Below, one piece after another: positions 51,856 through 64,000 of a DNA stretch of 64,000 nt (position 1 is the stretch's first letter; each line of letters starts with the position of its first letter). The stretch is from the NCBI GenBank assembly GCA_964057225.1, contig OZ059896.1, positions 7,378,001-7,442,000 on the forward strand. The letters run 5' to 3'. The notes beneath the pieces were generated by a model. It worked only from the letters and a program-made list of their open reading frames with translations, did not search any database and was not told where the DNA came from. The position numbers were made by a program, and so were the translations under genes. The stretch is from Auanema rhodensis (lineage: Eukaryota; Animalia; Nematoda).

Positions 51856-54800
51856 TTAATGATGAAAGAGACGAAGTCCAGTATGGATAAGTGTCATTTC
51901 ATGTTCGTTACAAGCCTCAATGATATCTTCATCCCGAACAGATCCTCCTGGATGAGCAATATACTTGACTCCATACTGAAAAAATATAATTAAAAGCCTT
52001 TTCCAACTTTTTTTTATTTTAAAATATTTTAAAGGATTAAAATTTAAATAATGAACTGACGCAACAATATCGACAAAATGAGCAAAAACCATAGGAAATT
52101 GCATGAGAATCTCATATATTTTCTCAAACAAAGTCTATCCATTTTTATTTATTTTTAAAAGAAAAAGTTTTGTAAGTTGTAAGTTTTGAAAAAGAAATAT
52201 TTTAAAAACTTACTTGTTTGGCACAATCTACATTATCTCGGAAAGGTAAAAAGGCATCAGAGCTCATGACAACTCCATTCAATTTACTCATCCAAGAACT
52301 TCTTTCATCCTGAAAATATATTATACTATATATAATATTTAAGTTAAAATATAAAATATTTTTATTACTATGTACTAGATCAAAAGTTATTTTTATTTTA
52401 AATGTTTGAGCTTCAAGTAACATCATGAATCTTTTTCAACTCATTTCTAAAAGACTAGACTTGAAGAAGTCAACAAAGGAAATTTTAAAAGAAACATCAA
52501 GGGTTACAGGGTCAAAAAGATAGTTGATGATGGATGAGCTGAGATAGAAATCAATAAAAAAAGAAAGAAAAGGGCTTTACCTCAGTTAATGGCTCAACTG
52601 ACTCACTAAAGTATTGTTGCCATTGTTCAATAGGAATCTGAAAAAATATATAGAAATATACATATTTATATTTATAATTTTACAAGAAAAAGATATAAAT
52701 ATAAAACGAACTAACCTCGCGTCCTAGAACTCCTGTACATAGGACATCAATAGCATTAGATCGTTCAGATCTCTTGATACATGGCTTCCATGGAAGAGAT
52801 AAAACAGTTGGATGTTGTCTTAGCCACCTAAAATGTAAAAATAACTTTGAATTCTCTAAACAATATATCGCAATAGGTATAGTTAATTATATAAAATTGC
52901 TTAGAAGGTGTAGGAAACTGGAGAAGAAAACACCGGAACCAAAAAACAGATAAAACATCATTTTGATAAAACAAATACAAATTCTTCCTTTGTCAAAGAA
53001 ATATAATTTTAAAATAAAATTACTTAATTAATCTGATTCTAGACATATAATGACAAGTAGATGTCAATCTATATTTTATAATATTTCTTTCTCTTTACCA
53101 TCAATTTTGACAATAAATTTATATTTTCTCTTCTCTTCTGTATTATTATATTTTTAAAATTCTACTATACAGAATATTCTAATAAGAATTAATTTCATAG
53201 CTTTTCTAATCAAATCAACTAAAATAATATTTGATAAGATAATCGGATTACATTGTTTCTTCTCATTTGCTTAACGTCCAGTATTCAGCTGACCAATGTC
53301 TTTTCTCTCATTAAGTCTCATCTCTGGTTTTCTGATTCTCTTTTCCTCTCATCCTTTTCCCTTTTTAAATAAATATATTTCATTGTCAATTAAATAGAAA
53401 GAATACAAAAAAATTCAAAACGATATTAAGAAGAAACTGATTGTTAGAAAGAACAAGACGAACTTTATAAAGTCAGTTACTACTGATTAGGAATGGATCA
53501 AACCATCAAACTGTCTCAGCACCTTGATCATATTCAAGTAGTAGCATCATAGTCATATGTCATCTTTTCTAGTTTCTAATACAAATGTTTCTTTCCTTCA
53601 ACATCATCCAATATGAATTTCCGTTATTAAACATATCATTTCTCAATGATATTTGACCGTTCATGATCAATTATCATTTGAATTCTTTATAAAAAAATAA
53701 TATTCTATTATTATACTTTTAAAGATAAATATTTTTATTTTATTTTATCAAATATATTAATTTATTATTATTTAACTATTATATTTATATTTCCATTGAT
53801 GGATCATAAGGCGGACTACTACTACTACATCCAAATTTTCTTTTTTTAGACCAAAATTTGAAGAAAAAGCAAATAGAGTATTCAATATTTAACGATTTTT
53901 CTGACATACAACTCTTAATCTTGTTGAATTTCACAACAAATATTACGTAAATCCGGAATATGAGCATTTCGTTGTATTACCCTTTGACATAATCTTATAT
54001 TTCAATTTCTCAATCCTCACATCAGCTAGCAAACAGACGTTTTTTTTATTTGAAAATGTTTAAAAAACATACTAATTTAGTTATTTCAATTATTAATAGA
54101 ATGAATGATAAAGTTCTTTGCTTCTTTAAGATCTTGTCACAAGTTTTTTTTTTCTTTTTTTTCATTCATTTCCTTTCACACTCTCACTTCAATTACAAAA
54201 GAACTTCTAGTTCAAAGAAAGATCTTCGGAAACGAAGCACAGACAGGAATTAGAATGATTGCCCGAACATCATATCAATGTGACACTGGATGACAGAAAA
54301 AGCTACTTGGTTGAAGTTTTACGAGGAGTACCTTTTCATCTAATACTAGACATCTTTTTGTCTAAGTGACGTGGCGCATCTGCGGGGCTATTTTCCATTT
54401 TTGGAATTCCCGTGACGTCAGTCTATCAGATGGCCTGGCACTTCGTTACGTCACGCCTTCTATCAAGCTTTTGAAATCGGGCAAAATGAGGACGAATCGA
54501 CAATCAACAAACCTCAAGTTCGCCGTCCATCAAAGCCAGTTGTTACTTAATCTCGTCTACTTCCTTTCATATAAGACTACTTCATTCCATAATTATGCTC
54601 TCAGTATTTATCCAGTTACTTCATTTCTTCAAACCTATCGTGTCAGGACCAGAGCAGCAGAAAACATTAAAAGCCCTGCTGGGAGGCGGAGTCAAAGCTA
54701 TTCTTCCTACTTCTTCCTCTCATTTTACGTTCCATCTGTTCTTTCCGTTAGCTTCTGGGTGGTTGTTTAGTATTCATCTTCAATTATCCATACAGATTTA

Positions 54801-57800
54801 TTGTATCTTTGTATTATCTTTTCAGAAATATAATAATATTATTATATTAATAATTTACATTTTACAGGTACGACCTGTGAATCCAGCACATCTTGAAACA
54901 AGGTGTGCTTTAACAGTTGGCCTTGACGGCATTTGAATTACTCGTCATTTTAGGTTTCTAACCCTACTATATCCTCAATTCAAAATATATTAACTTTAAC
55001 TAATAATCAATCATCAATTATAAGAAAAGGAAAGCATACTGTATTTAAATCTTTAAAAGATTTCTAAGTATCTCCTAGACCACATTATCTGTTTATTTAG
55101 TAAGTAAAACATATGTATATATTATTCTTTTTTTTTTTAAAAGAAAGAAAATCTATTTAGAAGTCTCATAGAATCAAAATTCATAGAATTGTTTGGTCAA
55201 GAAGTTAATAGATAACATTTCTATTTTTGGAAATTACAATCTATTCGAATATTGGTCAAATTGCCAACTTTGATAATTCTTATCACCTAATAATCAAAAA
55301 AAAATCCAAGAAATTAATTCCTTTTTCGCTGAAGGTAAATAAGGTCAAAATAATATTAAAAAGGAAAGAAATTATAAAAATAACAAAATAAAAAGATTTA
55401 AAATTAATATCTAGGAGATTTAAATATAGTTTGATTGATTTCATTACAGTATACATAAAAGTATTTTATATATTTCTAATTATATAACTATAGTAAATCT
55501 TATTAGAAACTATTTCAATTTCATTTCAGCAAATGAGTACTCCAGCGTGATCAATGCTGCGTAAATTTGTTATTCAATTTGCTGTATTCATATATGGGGT
55601 TCAACCTCTTCTTATGTTTGAAAAAGGTCGGAATAATTTAAATATAAAACTTAATTATAAAACTTTTTTCTTTTAATCAAATTATGTTTTAAAATAACAT
55701 TACGAATCGTTTTTATTTTAAGTGGAAAGCGAAAATGCTTGTCTACTAGCTATGTGTGATGCTGATTCTGGATGTGTTCCAAAAGGCTGTTCTATAGATC
55801 AAAACGAACGAATTGGTTGTGGATATTTTCGTTTGAATATCTATCAATTCCGTGTAAGAATTAATATATTTCATTGAATATATTACAATTGCTTGTTTAA
55901 GCAATGTTATCAACCTGGTCGACAAGACGATGAAGATGAAGATACAGCATGGATTAAATGCTCTGAAGATTATGAATGTTCTGCTCAATGTATCAAAGTA
56001 AGTTGACTACAACATTCAACACATCAAACATACAATTCATTATTCAGTCTATAAGTGCTCGTTACCGAGTTAAATGCTACGGCAAATCTGATTGTGAATC
56101 AATGGCTCGTATACATGACGGAGGAGCAAATGGTTGTCGAGACAGGTACACCTTATTACGTGTTCAATATGAGTTATTGTAAAATTTCTTTCAGAAATAC
56201 AGCATTTTACTGGAAAAAAGTGCGCGATTCATGTGGAAGTGCGTGTCGTGGAAGTTTTTTCAGTCGCCACCGACGTCACTTATTCTGATCTTCTAGCTAG
56301 CACTATCCATCAATTAGTGTTAAGCAACAAATCAATTTGTTTTAATATAAACTAAGAATCTATTATATATATTCACATATATATATAACTATCATTCATG
56401 TAAAAATGTTATTTTAACGGCTAAGCCGGAAAACATCTATGTGATTGTAAACTGATGACAATATGATGAGCGAATCTCATTCGTACTTCTAGCTTCTGCC
56501 TATACCAAAATCTTATTCAATAATCTTTACTATGATTAATCATAAATGATTCATTCATCATCATCATCGTTGTCAATTCAAACGTTGAAGTTGAAACAAG
56601 CAACCTTTTTTTGTTATCAATGGTGAACATCATCCTTATGAGTCGTAGTAAGGAAATAGAAAAAAAAGATTTTGAAATTCATCAAAGAAAACATACAAAT
56701 GCATATTTATATTGTGATAGCCATGCTATAATTGCAAAATAAAAGTTGCCAACGGCAAAATTACTTCCCGAAATTCAAAGAAAATACTTAGGTTCCTACT
56801 GAATTTATACTTCCTTCTGGCGCAGCATTGCTGATTGAAAAATCAAAAAACATTTTTTGGATTTGTAAGTAGCTTAGAACATGAGTAATAAAGGTTTTGA
56901 GTAAACTATTTGCTCTGTGCAACGGATATCTTCGGTTTTTTTATGAAAAGATGATGCATGACGTAGCCTCTATACTTCTTTTTCTCCAGGATTAAGTCTA
57001 ATAAATGTATTCTAAGATCTTATAATATTTTCAATTTTAAACATCGTGATATACATACTCACATACATATTTCCTCATTTTCTTCTATATTCCTTTCAAG
57101 TTATTATTATTTTTTTTAGTTAATTGCCCCAGGCAGATGAAGCAAAAAAAAAGAAAAAAAAGATGAACCAACCAATTGGCAGCTTTATCACCAGCCAGAC
57201 GGGTACAATGAATTCGAGATTGTTGTCCAGCTCCCATTCCAATGACCTGACCACGATGTGCAAAACAGACGGAATTGGATTGAGCATATTTCAGAGCAAT
57301 AGTAGCAACTATTAAATCGTCCAATGCTGTTTTGGTTAACTAAAACAAAAGAAAAATACTAAAAGATTTTTGAAAGAAATTAATAAACATGAGCTCTAGG
57401 CTTTCACAATCATATTTTTAAAAATTCAAATTCAAACTCTCATTACTATATACTTTATAGAAAAATAAAAAGAATTATTATGTCTATTATATAACTATAA
57501 ACTTACATTATTATGTTGGCCGATAACTTTTTTGAATGTTTCAGCATTAATGATAGCATTATTACGTTTTTGGCGAAGTTTTAAGCCAAATACGGTACGT
57601 TCCTCAGTTTCTGTTGGAATATAATTTGGATTAATCTAAAAAAAAACAACGAATAATAGTTTTTTATGTAAATAAATAGTATAATTACTTTAAGTACACA
57701 ATAATTTCCATTTTTCTTTTTGGCTAAAAGAGCTAATGCTGCAGGCTCATAATCAGGTGCTACAACACCATCAGAAACTTCTCTGAAACATATTTTTGAA

Positions 57801-60295
57801 AATTATTTTATATGAATATTCCAATAAAACCTATTGATTATCTTAGCAGTTAATTCATCACATTTCTCAGATAATGCAATGAAATCACCAAATGATGACA
57901 TACGATCAGCACCTGAAAACTTATTTATAAAAAATAAATTAATTATAATAAAATTTGAATTATAAATCAAAACTAAAGGAAATAAATCTTCCAGCTCTGA
58001 TGTATCAAAAATTAAGAAGCACTTGGATTAACGATTACAGGGAACAAGACAATGGAAAAACAACAAAACAAAGAAATCACAAACTATGCTTTAGCTTTCA
58101 AACAAATTCCACAAGAATTTCGAAGGGTTAAACAAGACATGCAAAGTAAAAAGAAGAACTTATATAAGCATGAAAGAAAAGCACAAGTCAAAAAACAAAA
58201 GCAACAAAAATCGGAAATAAAGCCCAGGCGGATTAGCTTACCAACGATGGCGAGCATTTTATGCTCGTTCTCCTTGTCACCCGTCCATTCTTGTTCTCAA
58301 ATATTGAAAGAATGTTTCAAAAAGAAAAGAAGTTTGAATCAAAAATACGAAAGTTAATATTCATATTTTCAAAAGGTTAGCATCATGAGCAAATATTAGA
58401 AGACATTTAGAAACACTAATAACTATTTAATAGGAAAAAACCCTGAAAATAGCCAAGCAGACAGATTAGAAATAAATAAAGAAGTAAACATTCCAAAGTT
58501 TTGATTAAATCATGCTTTATATGAAATATTAGTTGAAATTTAGGTGTGTATAAACATGAAACTAATAGTTTTACAACAAAGGCATTGTGATATATATGAA
58601 GTAAGTGTGCACGGGGACATAATCTATTTTCATAGATTAATTATATTATATAATAATAAATGTAAAACATACCTCGAGCTCTAGAATAAGCAGAAGCCAA
58701 GGATGGTCGTTTCATATCAATATTAAGATCAGCTACCATACATGAGTGTTGTTCAGCTTCATTTAATGGTAAACCAATAGCAGCTCCTAAAAATCATATT
58801 ATAATAATAATAATTATTATTATTATTTTTATTATTATTTAAAAGAATTTAACAAACCAGCAGGTGAAACATGCTTGAATGAAGCTGCAGCTGGCATATT
58901 AGTAGCATCTGAAAGTTCCTTAACCAATTGCCATCCATTTAAGGCATCCAATATATTTATATAACCAGGAGCTCCATTAAGTACTGTAAAAATCAAAATA
59001 TAAACTTTTATAACAATTATATAAAACTTGTTTATATAAAACAAAAATTTTCTTCACTTTGTTTAAAAAAAAAAAGCTTTTTATCACTTCATGCTCTGTA
59101 TATCGTTAGCCATCCATGGCAATGCTTCTTGTTCCTATCTCTAGCTAACAAGCTTTTTTTCGATTCTCTCTCAATCTTTCTCTCTCTCTCTCTCAACTTC
59201 ACCAATTAATCTTTCTGGCGCAATATCGATGAGACCGATGACGATTTATGAGAATGTAGAAAGCTTCGAGAGTAAAGGACAAACTCAATGTGAATCTCCA
59301 CGAGGAGATGTCATTCATGTCTGTTCAACGTCGGCACAATTCATCTTCAGAATAGATTTTAGAAGTCTTTCAAGTACAAAGAACAAATAAAAAGATAAAT
59401 TAATAGTTCCTCATAGCATAGCAGAAATAACTTTTAGAATTTTAAGAGATTTCTTGAAATAAGCTCTTCCGATTTTCACGAAAAACAAGAGTTAGAAAGA
59501 GTTTGAAAATGAAAAGAAGAACAAGTTTTCTTACCTTTAATTGGCATCTCCTCGTTGACAGAATAGAATTCAGCGTCTGGGGTCTGATGAGGGTTGGTTC
59601 CTGAAACAACAAGAAAAATCAAAATTCTGCTCATCTATCTTCTAAGATTGTCATATTGCTTTTGTTGTGTCATCTAAGACCAAGCTGTTTAGATTGACTA
59701 CCTTCTTAAACAGCATAGTGTCCATCAAGCTTGAAAATGTCATGAAACCAATAGCAAAAACACCACCCAAAATGCTTGTTGATATTTCAGATCAAATATC
59801 AAAACTTTTTTCTAATCTTTTATAATTCTTAAACTCTTAAAGTTTATTCAAAATTTAAAATCTAAAACTCAAAATATATAACTGACAGCTCTTCCGAGAG
59901 ATTTATCTTTTTAAAAAAATAATCAAAACTGTTTTCCTTAGGGCCCAACCTTCGTATAAATTTTAAAAAGATGAGTTGCAATTCAAAAGTATTTGAATGT
60001 GAGACAATACAAGTCAGATGACGTTCAAATCATTTTGACGTCTATATTTGACTTATTGCTCATGTTCCCAGAGGGCATTTTCAATGTTTCAAAGTCGATC
60101 AAAACAAATTCATATAAAGGTTTTTGTGTATATTCGAATCAAAAGATCAGAGTCATACTTTGCGAAAAAAGAAGAAAGAAAAATCGTTTCTCCTCTTAAT
60201 GACTTACCGTATCTCAAGCCAATTGATCTGTTTCCAATCTGTTTTCGCATATACCCACTGATGGCTTCGTCGTACGATGATGTATGCTCGAATGC
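51856..60295 (-). CDS. atic-1: Bifunctional AICAR transformylase/IMP cyclohydrolase (PurH), 3' part; the N-terminal exons lie beyond the window end
   Basis: 12 exons encode [17 protein letters not shown]...[33 protein letters not shown]...[55 protein letters not shown]...[31 protein letters not shown] and PGGSVRD...GLRLFHH*. Confidence 0.96.
54367..54453. promoter_or_regulatory. Cluster of three bZIP (CRE/ATF/UPRE-like) sites upstream of the nested lysozyme
   Basis: TGACGTGG (54367-54374), TGACGTCA (54413-54420) and TTACGTCA (54446-54453) within 90 bp of a GC-richer patch. Confidence 0.5.
55554..56288 (+). CDS. ilys-4: Invertebrate-type (destabilase) lysozyme nested antisense in an atic-1 intron
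   Basis: 5 exons give [18 protein letters not shown]...[45 protein letters not shown]...[17 protein letters not shown]...[32 protein letters not shown]. This is the i-type lysozyme cysteine pattern. Confidence 0.88.
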
Positions 60296-63200
60296 CTGTA
60301 AATCATAAACTTTAAAATAGAATTATTCTATTATATTATATTAAATCATTTCATTATGTACTTTATTACCCAGTCAGCTTTAAAGCAACTTATAGCCTTT
60401 TGCCTATGCAATATCATATCCTTCACTTCGTTCTCACTTCTCTTGCCTTAGATTAAATAAACAAATTAGTCGACTCGATCTGAGAACTAGGTAAGTGAAG
60501 CCGTTCAACGTAACAAATTGCATTTCCTTATTCACTCTACTAGTCATCCATATGTATAGAACTGCAGAGAATACATGTGTTCAAACTCAAAAACACAAAC
60601 TATATTGAAAAATCTAATAAACTTTCAATGTTGTTTAGAGGAAAAACCCATATATAGACAAAATAAAAGAAAACAACAATATCTCCTTCATACCTTAGCT
60701 GGAAAGAAGTTACCACGCCGATAAACCTGATCAAAAAGTCGTGAATTTGACTGAGAACGATGTCTCGAATCATCAGATATTGTCGGCTGAAGCCGTTTAT
60801 AGGCCATAGACGAGATACGTGACATCGTGTATGGCTAGGTAACAGAGACGATAGGTAACTATATGTTAGAATAGTTAGTTAAATATGCGATACGAGCGTA
60901 CAAGGCATACAACAAGACTTTAAATCCGAATTGGAGGTCGTAGGAGGAACAGAATAACGAAGTAATATTCAAACGCACGAACAGCTTAATGCGTTTTCAA
61001 GAAACAGTTGTCAGTGAAATAGCTTGAAGACATAGAATCCACTGAGAATTGAAGACGAACTCCAGATGAATTCACGATAGACAAGGCGAGGCTTGGGGAG
61101 GGGCACCGCTGTTGAAGTTTAGGAGCAGTGACTCGTCCTGATAGAAAAAGAGCCAAAGCGGGTGAGAGACAAAATGTAAATGATCCAAAAAAGGAGGGGA
61201 GATATGAGAGCAAGAGAGAGAAAGAGAGAAGAAAAGAGAGAGAGAAAGAGATAAATAAAGAGAAGAGAATAGGCTAGGGAGGAAGCAAAAACGAGAATGA
61301 GATGCTACAGCTACAACTACAAGAGCAGAGAGGTGGACCATAAATGGAAATAGCTTTCAGCTGTCCTTACCCTTTACTTCATCACTCTATACTCCAGCAA
61401 TGTGTAGCATATCTCACATTTTAATTCAGACAACTAAACTCAGTTACTGAATTAATTGAAGATGATTGAAAAGCTAACGAATAGCTGGTTCAAAAAAAAA
61501 AGAGAAATTTAAAGATAATAGTATAAGTGTCTTATAATGCTAATATAATAGAATACAACAATTTATTCTTTTAGTTTTATTTAAACTTTTTCTTCTTCTA
61601 ATTTCTATTTAAAATTAAACTTTAATCAAATGTAATTAGAAGAAAAAAAACATGAAAACAAAAATAAATAATATGAAATGAAAAATAAAATTCATTTTTC
61701 GTTCTTTTTTTTTGTTTAAATACTAATTCAGTCTTTAATTTTCTTATTTTTTTTTGGACTATTATTCATTTCCAGGAAAAAAAAGAAAAAGAAAATACAA
61801 TATTAATTTAAATAAATAGAAACTGAAAGTATATTCAAACTGATACGCATCGTAGACTATATAGTGCTATTCTTAAATGATGAACAAAGGATCTCAGGAC
61901 AACAAATGTTTCAGAGTACTTTTTAAGGATTATTGACTTATCACAATATCCTCTTTTTCATCAAAATATTCATCATATTAAGAATGATATTACTAGTAAG
62001 TAAGTATTATTTAAATTTACTTTTTTAGGGTAAAAAAACATGATGTAAGATAGAAGAGAATAAAGCTGAAGACTCAAGAACTATATTGAGAGTAATTTTG
62101 GAATCACCCGACTATATAAAGTTCGAAGGAGTAACAGAATAACCTTTTGAAAGAGGTAAAACTCAAAATTCAACTCAAAAATCAAGTTGATTGCCGCCAA
62201 TAAGGAAAAAACATCCAAAGTAACAACGGAAAATACCCCCACAAGTTTCTATGTTTAAACTATATTCGGTTCAATGACGATAGAATGAATATAGTATTTA
62301 CTCGAGAGTTCACAGATTAGCCATATGCTTCTATATTAAGGGAAACGAATGTTGATGAAGATGCTCATTGATCACTTGAAGTTCCTCACGTGTTAACTTC
62401 CTCAAGCAAAATCGAGACGAAGGGAGGTAAAAGTCATTACGGAAAAGTAATTCCATTATTCCAGCAGCTTAACGTTGTAAACATTGACGATTTGAATTCG
62501 TTAATGTGTGAAAAGTAAAATAAAGTTATATAAGTAAAACATTCTTGGTCATGTAAGCATGTTTTGGAATTTTTTTCTCATTTTCTAGAACAATATCTGT
62601 TGTGATGTGTGTCATCATTGAGTTCATGATGATCAGTATAATGACCATTCATGTCACCATTGTTATGATATTGAAGAGAAGATGACATGAGAAATACTAC
62701 TTTAGACAGCTATTGCTTTGTTTGAGATCATACCATAAAGCAAAAAATGGAAAGATTTTAGTATACAATTCTAAATACTATATGATATAGTATTCAATAT
62801 ATGTAAATAAATATGTTTTTTTGCTACAAAATGATAGAGAGTTAGATGAAGAAGACCATAAATTCATAGACGATCCCGTATGTATCTGAAGATTTGCTGT
62901 TGTTTTCTCAATGTGCAACAGCCGTGACAGAAAAGAGTTATGAAGTCTCGGATGGGGTGGTTCTTCTTTCACTGCTTTCTTCAAGTAAAATATTTCCCCT
63001 TATTCAATAATCAAAGATAAAAACAACAAGTTATTTATCTTTCAAATGTTGATAAACACAGTCCGAAATGTTTGTTGAAAACACGTTGCAACTTATTCGC
63101 CATATATGTCATTCATGTTATGCACAAGAGCAATAGAAAATATGAAAGATACACCAGCTTGGAAAGACGAGAAAATGTATAGAGATGTGGGTATCAATGA

Positions 63201-64000
63201 AAAAATAAAAAAGACAAAGTCTTTATTCTAACACAGGTTTTTCAAAATAGGTAGCTAGGCTGAGAATCGAATGAATGTTGGCACACAATTACATGCTCTG
63301 ACAGCCTCTTCAAGCTATATGAGATTCTGTAGTTAGTCAGTGCTCTTTCAAAGTCCGAACCTTGGTTATGCTATTTAAAGCCCGTAAACGGAATTTTAAA
63401 CGACCTCCCATATTAAATGCACTTGAAACAGTCAAGATTGTTGGCAGCTTTTAAATAAACTGATCAACTAAGACCAAAAAAGAGGAAAGTCATCAAAGGA
63501 ATACTCTTGACAGAATGAAAATAAATAAAAGAGAAATGAGAAATGAAAAGAAAATTCATTGAGATAGACCATAGTTTGGAATAGTTAAGGCAAAAGAACA
63601 ATTCAGGCATGTAATTCAGGTCCAAAGTGATGAGTTGACCTATAAAACTTTATACGTTTTAACCACATTCATAGCTTTTCACTCGAGCCCGTTCATGACA
63701 ATCATTTGTCTAATTCTAAATCTCTCTCTCTCTTTCAATTTTTACCCAAATATTGCTTCTGCAGCATTCTCTTCCTTTTTATCCCTTTTTGGACATTATT
63801 GCAAAGAAAACTGACAAGTATTTGCGATCATAGCATCCTTATTGAAAGTTCAACATTCCATTTTGGTACTTTTTCTTTAAATGAATATGGATACACTCAA
63901 ATCATATTTAAAACTTGAAATAATCTTTATAATCTTCAAGTAATCCAAGTTTTTGCTTCAATTTAGATTGAACAGTAACTTTCTGATCAGTTTTATAATC

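Noticed and set aside
62712-62745. bantam/miR-80-like seed TGAGATCA (also near 29426 and 39976)
   Set aside because: The seed is not embedded in a pre-miRNA-length stem, and such matches are expected by chance.
60300-64000. Missing N-terminal exons of atic-1
   Set aside because: No IMP-cyclohydrolase motifs (SVSDK, GGRVKTLHP, IDIGG) were found. The region is probably a large intron continuing past the window end, not evidence of truncation.

Overview
AT-rich nuclear DNA from a rhabditid nematode, judged from ~40-50 nt GT-AG micro-introns, TTTCAG trans-splice acceptors just before ATGs, and clear Caenorhabditis-like orthologues. The left ~28 kb is gene-dense. In order it holds: a 5'-truncated unknown gene with a herpesvirus-tegument-deubiquitinase-like Cys/Asp-x-His signature, egg-3, NDUFA12, ubxn-2 (p47), the ABCB8-like half transporter haf-6, a secreted Pro/Glu-rich polyprotein with ten RAKR convertase sites, a ~5 kb intron-free gap containing a decayed Maverick/Polinton (adenain-type) protease, a histidine acid phosphatase, a C-type lectin gene and separase (sep-1). 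The right part is sparse. It holds the two-finger GATA factor elt-1 with a >10 kb upstream non-coding region, a perfect 320-bp inverted duplication, a large secreted or GPI-type protein, and the 3' part of atic-1 (purH) with an invertebrate-type lysozyme nested antisense in one intron. No tRNA, rRNA or CRISPR features were recognised. All gene models were spliced by eye, so internal boundaries are approximate. Orthologue names and C. elegans locus names are from recall, not from a database search.
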